64,000 bases of DNA from Paramoeba atlantica (lineage: Eukaryota; Protista; Discosea). The translations under genes were made by a program, and so were the position numbers. Location: assembly GCA_977017575.1 (NCBI GenBank), contig CDRNVI010000029.1, positions 496,001 to 560,000 on the forward strand, given 5' to 3'. Under the pieces are notes generated by a model. It made no database searches. It was not told the origin of the DNA and saw only the letters and a list, made by a program, of their open reading frames with translations. The stretch's first letter is position 1. The number at the start of each line of letters is the position of its first letter. Below are positions 50,343 to 60,753 of the stretch, one piece after another.

Positions 50343-52190
50343 ATGGTACAAGAAACTAGCCCTGAGTCACAGCAGTCGGTAGTGGGACAGCAAATTTTTT
50401 ATTTGGTCCTCCTCTATTTCGCCATAAACTATGGATCTGGGTCTTCGAGTAAGTCTCAAAACGTAGCCCCACGAAGTACGCAAGGAAAGTCTCTTTGGTC
50501 TGTTGGAGAAAAGGCATCCATGTACATTTTTCTCTCTCCTTCTGAGCAGCTTCACCTGGTGAATGAAACAAAAACGAATAGCACCAAGTTTTTACGTACG
50601 AGTTCGTCGGTTACGCTGTCAAATGCAACCTGGTCATTTCAAAACATCACATTCGACTTTTCAACAGGTAATGAGCTAAATTTGCATCTTGAGGATGTGG
50701 AAAATCATTTGGGCTTTCGGATGGATGAAAATATACTTGAATCGTACTTTTTGCATGTTTTGTACACCCGCAGGGGATACATCCCAACAAGTTTTGAAAC
50801 TTCTGATCGGTCTGTAGTGTATTTACGGCAGCCCCTCATTCACTACAAAGAGTCTGTTGCGAAGCCGACACACTCATTACTTGGGGAGGAGCTAGAAGGT
50901 GCTACATCGAAGCTTTCTGAGCTAAGATCCCGTAAATGGACAACAACGAAGGGAAATACAACTCTAGCCGCTCACTGGAAGCCTACAGTAGCATGCTGTC
51001 CGGTTGTTGATGATGCGGACCATACTGAAACAACCACAGATATGATAGTGCCCTTCATTACACAAACACCTGATAAGTCCTTCTACTATCCGATTCTTTA
51101 TCCGAATGCTCTGTGGGACCGACAGAGTGAGTACACACGGCTAGACACCAGGGAAAAGGACAACCCTTTGTCCCTTTCGGTTTCAATTTATCCTATTAGC
51201 TTCACTCGCTTCACCCTCTTAGAGAACATGCTACATGGGCTGGAGGGACAAAAGTCATGGGGAATCACACAGCAAGAAGTTGACGATATGAAAAGTATAT
51301 TTACCGACACAAATCCCTATTTTCTTGCACTCACCATTGTGGTAAGCCTTCTCCACATGTTCTTTGAATATCTGGCCTTTAAGAACGACATCTCGTTCTG
51401 GAAAGACCGGGAAGATTTTACTGGACTCTCCGTACGTACGTTGTGTGTCAACGCGTACTTTCAGCTTATCATTACACTTTACTTGTGGGATAATGACACC
51501 TCCTGGACTGTGCTACTTCCCAGTATTGTGGGTTTACTGATCGAGATATGGAAATTGCGAAAGCTTATTCGTGTACGGCCCAAACAACGCGGTTGGCTGC
51601 CCTTCCGTTTTGAACTCGTGGAGGAATACGGCAGTACGAAGACGAATACAATCGACGACCAGGCGACAAGAATATTGGGGTACATTTTAGTCCCTGCTTT
51701 GCTGGCCTACGCCACGCACTGCGCATTGTATGAAAAATACACTGGGTGGTACTCTTTTGCGATTCAGACGCAGGTAAGCTTTATTTACGCCGCGGGATTT
51801 GTGCTCATGACCCCGCAGCTTTTCATTAATTACAAATTAAAAAGTGTAGCCCACTTGCCATGGCGCACATTTGTATACAAAGCTCTGAACACGGTAGTGG
51901 ACGATTTTTTTGCGTTTATCATCAAGATGCCGTGGCTCCACCGACTGGCATGCTTTCGGGATGATCTAGTGTTCTTAGTGCTCTTGTACCAAAAGTGGAT
52001 TTACCCCGTGGACTACGCGAGAGCCAATGAATTTGGACAAGTTGGAGAAAAAATGGAAGAATTGAAAACAGATGAGGAGCACACCAAAACAAATCTCGGC
52101 AGAACTAGCATAGAATCGATTACAGAGGCACAAGAAAACGTACGCGAATCGGACGTAAAGTCGAGTAGTGATTCGGAAAATAGTGAATAA
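50343..52190 (+). CDS. CLPTM1: CLPTM1-family membrane protein (lipid scramblase)
   Basis: FEYLAFKNDISFWK, TPQLFINYKLKSVAHLPW, KALNT..DD.FAFIIKMP..HRLACFRDD. Confidence 0.96.
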   Translation: MVQETSPESQQSVVGQQIFYLVLLYFAINYGSGSSSKSQNVAPRSTQGKSLWSVGEKASMYIFLSPSEQLHLVNETKTNSTKFLRTSSSVTLSNATWSFQNITFDFSTGNELNLHLEDVENHLGFRMDENILESYFLHVLYTRRGYIPTSFETSDRSVVYLRQPLIHYKESVAKPTHSLLGEELEGATSKLSELRSRKWTTTKGNTTLAAHWKPTVACCPVVDDADHTETTTDMIVPFITQTPDKSFYYPILYPNALWDRQSEYTRLDTREKDNPLSLSVSIYPISFTRFTLLENMLHGLEGQKSWGITQQEVDDMKSIFTDTNPYFLALTIVVSLLHMFFEYLAFKNDISFWKDREDFTGLSVRTLCVNAYFQLIITLYLWDNDTSWTVLLPSIVGLLIEIWKLRKLIRVRPKQRGWLPFRFELVEEYGSTKTNTIDDQATRILGYILVPALLAYATHCALYEKYTGWYSFAIQTQVSFIYAAGFVLMTPQLFINYKLKSVAHLPWRTFVYKALNTVVDDFFAFIIKMPWLHRLACFRDDLVFLVLLYQKWIYPVDYARANEFGQVGEKMEELKTDEEHTKTNLGRTSIESITEAQENVRESDVKSSSDSENSE

Positions 52191-52470
52191 GATGCCACTT
52201 GCCCTAATATGTACACTATGTATTGCAATATGAGTAGCAATGTTGAAAAACGGAATAGGAGTTTACTAAGTATAAAAAATTTGGGCGGCCTACTACTCAT
52301 ACGACAATGTTGAATTCGTGAAAACCTGAGAGTGAATTTGTGTAATTATTACCCAATTTAGTATTATTACTCATAGTGAATGTATGATATTTTAAAAATT
52401 AAGGTGACCGAAAACATTGAAACCCCAACTGACCTCTTTATGACACCTTTTTTCCTATTGTTTATAGAGG

Positions 52471-52971
52471 ATGTTGCGATACTCTAGGGTGCAGCTTCGT
52501 CCGACAAAAGATACCCGTTCCTCTTGTATGCGTGTCCGCAGATTCACCTACATGAAAACGCCACGATATGAAAGTCAGCGTTTCGGCTCACGTGCCTGCC
52601 GGATTCGCCAACCAGCGCCCAGTATTAAAGGAAGCACTGGATTGCAACACTTACGTGATCCAGGGACGAAACAGCGTATTCTCGCGATCTATGATGCCCA
52701 GGAGTTCAGTCGTCGAGAGTGGAAAGCGAGGGATTTCGACGTCTACGAGATGCCTTTTGATTTATCTCCAGAGGAACTGCAGTGTGTGGTGCCGGAGCCT
52801 TATACGGAGTGCACTCAGCGCTCCATCAAGGACGGGATTGGGATCAAAGGGCGTGTATTTGAGCGAGAGCGAGTGGCTCCGTTTCTTTTTCCAGGACAAC
52901 AAATCCCTCAGCCACCTTCTCCCAAGTTTACAACTCAATACACCGTAGAAAAACTATTTGGTCCAGCTTGA
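52471..52971 (+). CDS. Hypothetical basic protein, probably mitochondrial
   Basis: Arg-rich MLRYSR presequence-like start; 166 aa. Confidence 0.65.
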   Translation: MLRYSRVQLRPTKDTRSSCMRVRRFTYMKTPRYESQRFGSRACRIRQPAPSIKGSTGLQHLRDPGTKQRILAIYDAQEFSRREWKARDFDVYEMPFDLSPEELQCVVPEPYTECTQRSIKDGIGIKGRVFERERVAPFLFPGQQIPQPPSPKFTTQYTVEKLFGPA

Positions 52972-53140
52972 GACTATTCTGACGTGTTTGTTGTAAGATC
53001 GGATGTTGTTGTGTATAATGAGGTTCTGAGTATAGATAAATACATTTAAGATGTACATTCTAGATTCGTAATACCTGGATCAATAGGCAATCGAAAAACC
53101 AACATCCTTATCATTATGATCCTTGACATTACATTTACCG

Positions 53141-53171
53141 TTTTTATATCCATTTCCAACATTTTTTTCAG
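53141..53171 (+). promoter_or_regulatory. Putative trans-splice acceptor for the first cyclophilin
   Basis: TTTTTATATCCATTTCCAACATTTTTTTCAG ends 36 nt before the ATG. Confidence 0.5.
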
Positions 53172-53206
53172 TACGTCACCTTTCCTACTAAGGTGTTTTT
53201 ATTTAG

Positions 53207-53800
53207 ATGATTCTATTATTTCAGTTCTTGCTGGCCGCAGTGCTTTGTACTGGTGTAAGCGCAAAGGAAAAGCGTTTTGATGCGGAGATTACGGACAAAG
53301 TTTTCCTTGACATACAGATTGGAGATCGACGTGTACGTCGTATCACCATCGGCCTCTTTGGAAAGGAGGTTCCAAAAACGGTAGAAAATTTCAAGCAGCT
53401 GTGTAATCATACTCAAGGCTATGGATATCGAAACTCCATTTTTCATCGCGTCATTAAAAAGTTTATGATTCAAGGAGGTGATTTTACGCACAACGATGGT
53501 ACTGGTGGATACTCTATATATGGAGAGAGCTTCAAGGATGAGAATTTCAACATAAGCCACTTTAAAGGTTGCCTGTCTATGGCGAATGCAGGAGCTAACA
53601 CAAACGGGTCGCAGTTTATCATTGCCACGACGGAAACCTACTGGTTGAACGGGCAACACGTTGTATTTGGAAAGGTACTCGAAGGATTTGGGCTAGTGAA
53701 GGACATTGCTAGACTGAAAACTCTGCCTGGTGACCGACCCGAAGATGAAGACGCAAGGATCGTAGATTGTGGAATCCTGGAAGAAGGACTTCGTTCGTGA
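53207..53800 (+). CDS. PPIB: Cyclophilin B-type PPIase with signal peptide (paralog 1)
   Basis: [41 protein letters not shown]. Confidence 0.95.
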   Translation: MILLFQFLLAAVLCTGVSAKEKRFDAEITDKVFLDIQIGDRRVRRITIGLFGKEVPKTVENFKQLCNHTQGYGYRNSIFHRVIKKFMIQGGDFTHNDGTGGYSIYGESFKDENFNISHFKGCLSMANAGANTNGSQFIIATTETYWLNGQHVVFGKVLEGFGLVKDIARLKTLPGDRPEDEDARIVDCGILEEGLRS

Positions 53801-54233
53801 GTTGTTGTCGAGTTCCCCTCATAATGAAAAGAATGATTTTCTCTGCGGATCTACCTCTCTATATTTTAACGGACCTGAATCTGGTGTGCAAGTTCCAAAA
53901 ATTGTAAATTTATAGGTATTCATAGTACATTACACTTGAAATATATTTGAATAAATTTTGCTAGGTTTATACGGTAAAAACAAGGTGTCTTTGTTGCAAC
54001 ATTTGTCTTTGCAATTATGAATGAGTTGTTTACACCTTATACATGGGAGACCAAAAATCAACACTTGTCCTTACACTATCCCTCGCATTCATATTATCAA
54101 CAGTACATACAGGTAAATCAGAGTACTTGTGCGTAGAACGTAGTGTAATTAAAGTGCAGTATGGGCACTTCTCTTGTTATCATTATGCTCTGCGTAAATC
54201 TCATCGTCTAGTCTTATTTCTTTAACTTGGACG

Positions 54234-54812
54234 ATGCACAAATTTTATCTGTTATGTTTGTCTCTCATTTTGGGAGCTAGCCCTGCACGTACCGCCGAGA
54301 AGCGTACTGACGCTGAAGTAACGGACCGCGTATTTTTCAATGTTAAAGTAGGAGAAAAGGAACCAAAGAAAATTGTTATCGGTTTATTTGGAAAGGAGGT
54401 CCCGAAAACAACGGAGAATTTTAAGCAACTTGCGGCTGGAAGTCAAGGTTTCGGCTACAAAGGATCGGTCTTTCACCGCGTAATCAAAGATTTTATGATT
54501 CAAGGGGGCGATTTTACCAATTTTGACGGCACAGGGGGGAAGTCCATCTACGGAGACAAATTCAAGGACGAGAATTTTAATATCAGCCACTCACCCGGAT
54601 GTTTGTCAATGGCCAACGCAGGCCCGAACACCAATGGATCCCAATTCTTCATTGCCACCGCAGAGACTTCCTGGTTAGATGGCCGACACGTCGTTTTCGG
54701 GAAAGTTGTCGAGGGTATGGATGTGGTTCGAGAAATTGAGGGCACGAAAACTGGACCTCGTGATAAGCCTAAACAGGAAATTCGAGTAGTTGAATCTGGA
54801 ATAGTGGAGTAG
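54234..54812 (+). CDS. PPIB: Cyclophilin B-type PPIase with signal peptide (paralog 2)
   Basis: [44 protein letters not shown]. Confidence 0.96.
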   Translation: MHKFYLLCLSLILGASPARTAEKRTDAEVTDRVFFNVKVGEKEPKKIVIGLFGKEVPKTTENFKQLAAGSQGFGYKGSVFHRVIKDFMIQGGDFTNFDGTGGKSIYGDKFKDENFNISHSPGCLSMANAGPNTNGSQFFIATAETSWLDGRHVVFGKVVEGMDVVREIEGTKTGPRDKPKQEIRVVESGIVE

Positions 54813-55291
54813 AGACTGCTCGCCATGTGTTCTAAACAATGCAAGTGAGAAGCGTGTAGGTCGTAAAAGTGGCTTACCATGTATTATTCCCACTATACTA
54901 TACTACCATGTGGTATACACTATACCATTTACTATTAATACAACGTAACGTTTCTGTAATAAAAGTGTGAAATAGAGAAGCCACACAAAAAGGACGCATG
55001 AAAACAATTTAATTGGGAGTGCTCATAGTTAAGAAGTTTCTAGATTCTCTAGGAAGTCTAGACCCAGATTTTTACAATTTTTGCTATCTTTAAAACACAT
55101 TCGAACGATTTCTTGTTGTTTAACTTAGTGAACAGTCATTCCAAAGATATAGTCAGAAATCTAGTGAACACGTTTCGGGAATATTGCTTTACAGTCCAAT
55201 TCGCTTACAGTCCAATTCGAGAAGAGTATTCTTTATGTTTGGAAAAAAAATTTATTTTCGAAACATTAATTTTCTTTTGTGAAGCGCGTAC

Positions 55292-56098
55292 ATGATGCGA
55301 GCACGCTTTAGTATATCTAAAACATGCCTGAAGTCCATCAGTCGGCCTCGCACCATGGTTCGAAGTTTACTACACGTTAGTCGTCGACATGGCACCACTG
55401 CACATGCTTTGCCGCTTGCTCCCCCGTGTCCTCCTGCAGGCTACGAAGTGTTCCACACCCCAGGACATGATACCTTCCGACTGAGATCTACAGGCCCTTT
55501 TGGGGAAGGTATTCATGTTTGTTGCACGTTGCCTACTGTAGACGCACGAAGAGTGCAGCCTTGCGACGTCGAAGCTCCAGTGAAATGGAGTGCTGCTGTG
55601 TCCAAACCCCTCAATCCGGGCATTGCGCTTACCTGCTCCACCCTGGCGGAGGGTTTGCTGTGTATTGACAGTTTGTTTTTCGACAACACTGAGGAGGAGA
55701 GAGAAGGTCCCGGTTGGGGTTACAACCCTATGCCCATAAATGACTCCACTCGTGCGTTTCACCGATCGACCTATCAAGGTCCGATGTTGCACAACGGTCG
55801 TCTTGCCGCTCTCGCTACTGGGGTACCTGTCACGGATACAACGTACCCGCAGCGGCAAGCCCTGCGGAATGCGCAGAACCCTTATCAAGGAACTCACACC
55901 CCCTTCACTCGATACGACCACATGCCCGTACACACGCTCGACCCGGACATATTTCAACTTGTTGCGGACTACTTAGCAGAGCTTGGCATTGGGGATCAAT
56001 TGGCGGAGTTTGTTGCGAATTATGCAAGCTACGTCAAAATCAGTGAAGCGCAAACGTGGAGTGATAATTTGAGGGCTATTCTGGACGCGGATGAGTAG
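55292..56098 (+). CDS. MAM33/p32 (C1QBP) family mitochondrial protein
   Basis: Presequence-like start, YQGP, then LDPDIFQLVADYLAELGIGDQLAEFVANYA...W, as in the MAM33 C-terminal helices. Confidence 0.75.
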   Translation: MMRARFSISKTCLKSISRPRTMVRSLLHVSRRHGTTAHALPLAPPCPPAGYEVFHTPGHDTFRLRSTGPFGEGIHVCCTLPTVDARRVQPCDVEAPVKWSAAVSKPLNPGIALTCSTLAEGLLCIDSLFFDNTEEEREGPGWGYNPMPINDSTRAFHRSTYQGPMLHNGRLAALATGVPVTDTTYPQRQALRNAQNPYQGTHTPFTRYDHMPVHTLDPDIFQLVADYLAELGIGDQLAEFVANYASYVKISEAQTWSDNLRAILDADE

Positions 56099-56243
56099 AT
56101 CGCCTTCCCTTGGAGGTGACCACCGTTTTGGAAAGTATTTTGGCATCTAATCATTTGATACAAATTTCAAGAACTTGATCAAATGAACATTTTTTTGTGA
56201 GAAATTTAGCTAACTTTTCACCAATATTTCCGATACATCTCTC

Positions 56244-57875
56244 ATGAATCCCAACGCGCTCAGTTTTCAACCTTCCTGGTGTCCAAAAAATGACACGAGT
56301 CCACAAGCGGACTCTACCCACCGTGAACGAAGCACTACCCCCCGTGTACGTAACGAAGAAGAAACCTCCCCTGCCGCTTCCTTTTGCCACACGGCCCCAA
56401 TTATAGATTCAAATGCGACACCCGAGGAAGCGGCGCTTCACAATATTTCCCTTACCCGGGAAGTGTCTGGGAGTTCGTTGCCGGATTCCCCGACGAGTCC
56501 AGTCAGCAGTGCAAAGGCTAAAACCGTAAAACAGTACAAAAGAGACCCGAGGCCACATATCAATCTTGTGTTCTGCGGACATGTGGATGCGGGGAAGAGT
56601 ACGTGTAGCGGACACATGCTATTTCTCACGGGAAATGTCGACGCGCGCTCGATGGAGAAGAACCGCCGAGATGCCGTGCAGAAGCATCGGGATGGGTGGG
56701 AATTCGCCTACGTCATGGATGTCACGGAGGATGAGAGGGAGCGGGGCAAGACGCACGAGACCGGCTCGGCGTACTTTGAAACCCCCGCCAAGCGGTACAC
56801 GATTCTAGATGCCCCCGGGCATAAATGTTTTGTGAGTTCAATGATTGGGGGCGCTAGTCAAGCGGATCTTGCGATCCTGGTTATCTCAAGTCGCCGCGGG
56901 GAATTTGAAACTGGGTTTGAGGGAAACGGACAGACACGTGAGCACGCACTTCTACTCAAGACATGTGGAGTCAAGTCCCTTGTGGTGGCGATTAACAAGT
57001 TAGATGACCCCAGCGTGAATTGGAGCTCGGAGCGCTATCATGAAATTCAATCCAAGCTTGTCCCTTTTTTGAAAACCGTGGGATATAATGTTGGGAAGAA
57101 TTGCGTCTTTATGCCAATTAGTGGGTTAAAGGGGTGGGGTTTAAAAGAACGAATTAATCCCGAACTCGTTTCTAGCTACTACAATGGACCCTCCTTGTTG
57201 GAGTATCTAGACAATTTACCCGTTGTTTCTCGCGATGTCGAGGCAGGGGTGCGATTTCCTATTCAAGGGCGATACCGAGACGAGGGAAAGGTGGTAGTAT
57301 ACGGTAAACTTGAGTCTGGGAAAATTGTGAAGGGCGACACCTTGCTTCTGTTGCCCCTGAAAAGAGAGGTGGTGATTGAAGGCCTCACGGCGGGTGAATG
57401 CGATCTTGAGTTGGCTCTCTCCGGAGATTTTCTCCACATAAAGCTCCGGGGTGTTGAAGAAGACGAATTAAGAGCAGGTCACGTCCTATGTGAAGTCTCT
57501 CGACCTCTTCGTGCCGTCTGGTATTTTCAAGCGCAGATCGTGCTGTCTGATAAATCGCTAATGTCGAATGGGTTTGAGTGTATGATGCACGTTCACAGCA
57601 TTGAATGCGAAGTTGTAGTAGACAAAATCTTAGCAAAAGTTGATAAGAAATCTTCGAAAGTTCTGGAGAAGCATCCTGGCTTCGTGCGGAATGGTGAGAG
57701 CATCATAGCACGCATGGAACTTGTGGCCGCCCCCATCGTTGTCGAGACCTACAAAGATTTCGAGAAAATGGGCCGTTTCAATTTGCGTGAGGAAGGACGG
57801 ACGATCGCTTTCGGGGTCATTACAAAGCTGTACGAAACTCAAAAATCTATTACCGGTGTCGATGTTGCGAAATAA
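56244..57875 (+). CDS. eRF3: Translation release factor eRF3
   Basis: GHVDAGKST, RERGKTHE, DAPGH, GEFETGFE, NKLD, MGRFNLREEGRTIAFG. Confidence 0.95.
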   Translation: MNPNALSFQPSWCPKNDTSPQADSTHRERSTTPRVRNEEETSPAASFCHTAPIIDSNATPEEAALHNISLTREVSGSSLPDSPTSPVSSAKAKTVKQYKRDPRPHINLVFCGHVDAGKSTCSGHMLFLTGNVDARSMEKNRRDAVQKHRDGWEFAYVMDVTEDERERGKTHETGSAYFETPAKRYTILDAPGHKCFVSSMIGGASQADLAILVISSRRGEFETGFEGNGQTREHALLLKTCGVKSLVVAINKLDDPSVNWSSERYHEIQSKLVPFLKTVGYNVGKNCVFMPISGLKGWGLKERINPELVSSYYNGPSLLEYLDNLPVVSRDVEAGVRFPIQGRYRDEGKVVVYGKLESGKIVKGDTLLLLPLKREVVIEGLTAGECDLELALSGDFLHIKLRGVEEDELRAGHVLCEVSRPLRAVWYFQAQIVLSDKSLMSNGFECMMHVHSIECEVVVDKILAKVDKKSSKVLEKHPGFVRNGESIIARMELVAAPIVVETYKDFEKMGRFNLREEGRTIAFGVITKLYETQKSITGVDVAK

Positions 57876-58066
57876 TTTACGTTCTGATAAATTTACTTGC
57901 TCGTGTGTGTGATTGGATTGATATGAGTCTCCTATGTACGAGACCATCGCACTTGGAAATACAACTTTGCATGTTTCTGCACTGTGTTCGATATTTGCAT
58001 TATCATATTTCTTTTGGGATTTGAAAAACATATAAACACTCTTTTGTTGAACTCCTGTAGGAGTTG

Positions 58067-59248
58067 ATGTTCGTAGCATATTACCTTACTCTGTTTGAAT
58101 ACAAAAGGTACGCTTCTATATTCACAAAAAGTAGCACAATATTTGAAATACCCATCGAAGGAATGTGGTCTAATGCGCCAGGAAAAAATGCAACAAATGA
58201 TATTCTTGAGCCATTGACTTGTCAAGTACTCAAACAGCAAGACGATCATACCTCGCGAAGTATCATCAAATTACTTGAAGATGATCCAAATTTCCTGGAG
58301 CTTAGTCTTCAGGAAGGTAAAAACATCGTTGAGCGAGACAACTTAGACAATGACAAACTTGCAAGAGGTGTGGAACATGCCGTCAAAGCGAACGTGCTTG
58401 TGCCGATAACAAACGTAGAGCCAGTCACCGAAATACGTGTCTACGGAAAGAACTCCTCCCAAATTGTGGAAGAAATTTTACAAGGTCTTTCCCATATTAG
58501 TCACAACTTGCGTCTGGATCAGTCCAATGAAAAGGGTCGTATTATTCTTTTTCAAGGTCTCAGCGGGACAGGAAAAGGAACTACCGTGCGGCGTTTAGCC
58601 AGGCGTCTTTCCCGTGCTGTGACGTGGAGTAACGGAAATGTGTTTCGTGCGCTCACTTATTGTGTCTTGGATGAGCTACCCCAGGAAGAGCTGAACCAGG
58701 CTGCGAAGGACTCGAGATTGGTTGTGAACCCGAGCATTCTGACCCACGACCTGGTACAGAGATGCATGAATCGGATTAGCCTTCTTCTGGAAGAGTCTGA
58801 AGACGTCTCCCCGAGATGTGATATTGTAATCTGTCCTCGAGAGGGATCAAAAGATGCGCCGCTTTATGTCAGTCAAATTGCGCATACAATACTACAGCGC
58901 CCCAGTATTGCACAAAACGTACCACTCGTGGCGGAACGCAGTCAGGGTGAAGTGGTGCAGTTCACTTCACAGTCAATGGAGAAGTTGTCGGAACTTAGGT
59001 GTCACGTTCTGGCAGAAGGACGCGCACAAACGCTGGACTACATCCGCACCCCATATCGTTTCGAGCTTGTCATGTTAGGCGAGGCAGACTCGACACCATC
59101 CATGGAGTGCCTGTTGGGACAGCGCCGCGCCGCGCAGCGTGTCATGGCGGCCACGTTTAAGTATTTAGAAGAGAATGGTCTGACAGAATGCTCACCGGAA
59201 GATGTTATTAAGAATCTTCACAAAGTGCTAAGCACTATGCTGTCCTAG
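58067..59248 (+). CDS. Cytidylate-kinase-like P-loop protein
   Basis: GLSGTGKGT P-loop, WSNGNVFRALT (compare DTGAMYRA of Cmk), LAEGR. The start codon is uncertain. Confidence 0.65.
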   Translation: MFVAYYLTLFEYKRYASIFTKSSTIFEIPIEGMWSNAPGKNATNDILEPLTCQVLKQQDDHTSRSIIKLLEDDPNFLELSLQEGKNIVERDNLDNDKLARGVEHAVKANVLVPITNVEPVTEIRVYGKNSSQIVEEILQGLSHISHNLRLDQSNEKGRIILFQGLSGTGKGTTVRRLARRLSRAVTWSNGNVFRALTYCVLDELPQEELNQAAKDSRLVVNPSILTHDLVQRCMNRISLLLEESEDVSPRCDIVICPREGSKDAPLYVSQIAHTILQRPSIAQNVPLVAERSQGEVVQFTSQSMEKLSELRCHVLAEGRAQTLDYIRTPYRFELVMLGEADSTPSMECLLGQRRAAQRVMAATFKYLEENGLTECSPEDVIKNLHKVLSTMLS

Positions 59249-59749
59249 TAAAAGAGATCCAATAGCGTGTGAATAAGTAGAGTGTATTTAATGTTCCTTG
59301 AAGTACCTATTATTTGTTTAATTGGGGACATAGAAGCGCTACCCGTTGAATGAAATGTGTCAGCGTAAAGTTTTTATCTTTATACGAGTATGTAACCTGA
59401 CTACATTTTTAGTCAAGAGGATAACCTCTTTTTTTTGTTTCGCAGAAGTTTTTAGCCATATACATAATGTATTAATAGCCGAATGAATAAAGAACCGTAT
59501 TGATACGTTGAAAATTTAACTTAATTAGCTCATTCAACGTACAGTATATCTCTTGGAATTTTACAGACTGTTGGATGCTAATTCTCTGGAGAGGACAGTT
59601 TTTGTAGCGGTGAAATTGCTAAATACTCTTCTTTACTTTCAGGTTACAATGGTTTATTTCCATGCTCATGTTAAACGTTTACTAGAGCAAAATTCTTGAG
59701 CGAAAAAAAATTACTCAATTTTTTGGTGCGTGAAGTTAATTGGTAAGAA

Positions 59750-60427
59750 ATGGTCGAAGTGGAAATGCAGTCGAACGGGTGGGAACATGACCTCGATATT
59801 GATCTTGACATGTCTTCTGGCATTAATCAAAGCAACTTAGAAGAGCAATTTGTCGCGCCTACGTTTGACAATGCCGAAATTAAAGTTTCGCATTTATTGA
59901 AACCTATGAATTCAAAGCACAATAACACAAATTCAGTAAGAGGAGGAAATCCAAAGTTAAGCCTCTCTGACTCTTTTAAGTCTACATGCCCGTATAAGTC
60001 ACCTACTAAACGAATAAAAAATGTACGTTACGGTACTTCAGAGCAAAATTCTGACAAGGAGCGTACCGAGGAATTTGCATTGGGCCACGCATTAATTAAG
60101 TTAAAGGAAACGTCCGCACGTATGAAAGATCGCATTCAGCTTGATACTGCCGCACTAACAGAGTCTGAAAGTTTGTTGCGTAAAAATTTGTTAAATACCG
60201 CCCAGCAAGCCGATCAGTTAGGAAAACGATCAGGATATTCAGTTGGTGCGGATATTTCATCCCATCAACCAAGTAACTGGTTGGCCAAACGATTTTCTTC
60301 AATTATTTCTCCCTTACAAATTTACACGAACATTATATCATACGTCTGGAATTGTGTAGCGTCTGCTGCACTAATTCTCTTAGCATGCTCCACTTTGTGG
60401 ATCATTTTTTACATACCTAAGTCTTAG
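59750..60427 (+). CDS. USE1: USE1-like Qc-SNARE (tail-anchored)
   Basis: SNARE-like coiled coil (LKETSARMKDRIQLD...LRKN) and a C-terminal TM ending IPKS. Confidence 0.55.
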   Translation: MVEVEMQSNGWEHDLDIDLDMSSGINQSNLEEQFVAPTFDNAEIKVSHLLKPMNSKHNNTNSVRGGNPKLSLSDSFKSTCPYKSPTKRIKNVRYGTSEQNSDKERTEEFALGHALIKLKETSARMKDRIQLDTAALTESESLLRKNLLNTAQQADQLGKRSGYSVGADISSHQPSNWLAKRFSSIISPLQIYTNIISYVWNCVASAALILLACSTLWIIFYIPKS

Positions 60428-60753
60428 CTTACGGTTCAGTAGATTCTACGGGATCGCCTACCCCCTATTTCCTCTTCCTTTGGCTCGCCACCCCCGTACG
60501 TGTGACGTCCAGTACGGACCCCAGTAATTTTTGGCTGATCTGTCGATATGATTTCACGTTCCACTACCAAAGACGAAAGTTCAGTATTTTCTTTGCGAAT
60601 GACTAAAATACAGCGAATAGAGGTTTCCGCAAACACCATTCCGGAGACATGCGACACTTAGTCTTGGTGCACAAACCCCACAGAACTAAACAGTCGCTCA
60701 CAACTTGTCTCAAGTTCAACTATTAACTTTTCCTTGCCGTATAATTAGTTATA

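Noticed and set aside
54948-54960. Second SL relic (GTTTCTGTA)
   Set aside because: Only 9 nt match, with no TTG|GT context; expected by chance.
55187-55219. 16-bp tandem duplication CTTACAGTCCAATTCG
   Set aside because: Isolated slippage-type duplication with no further structure.
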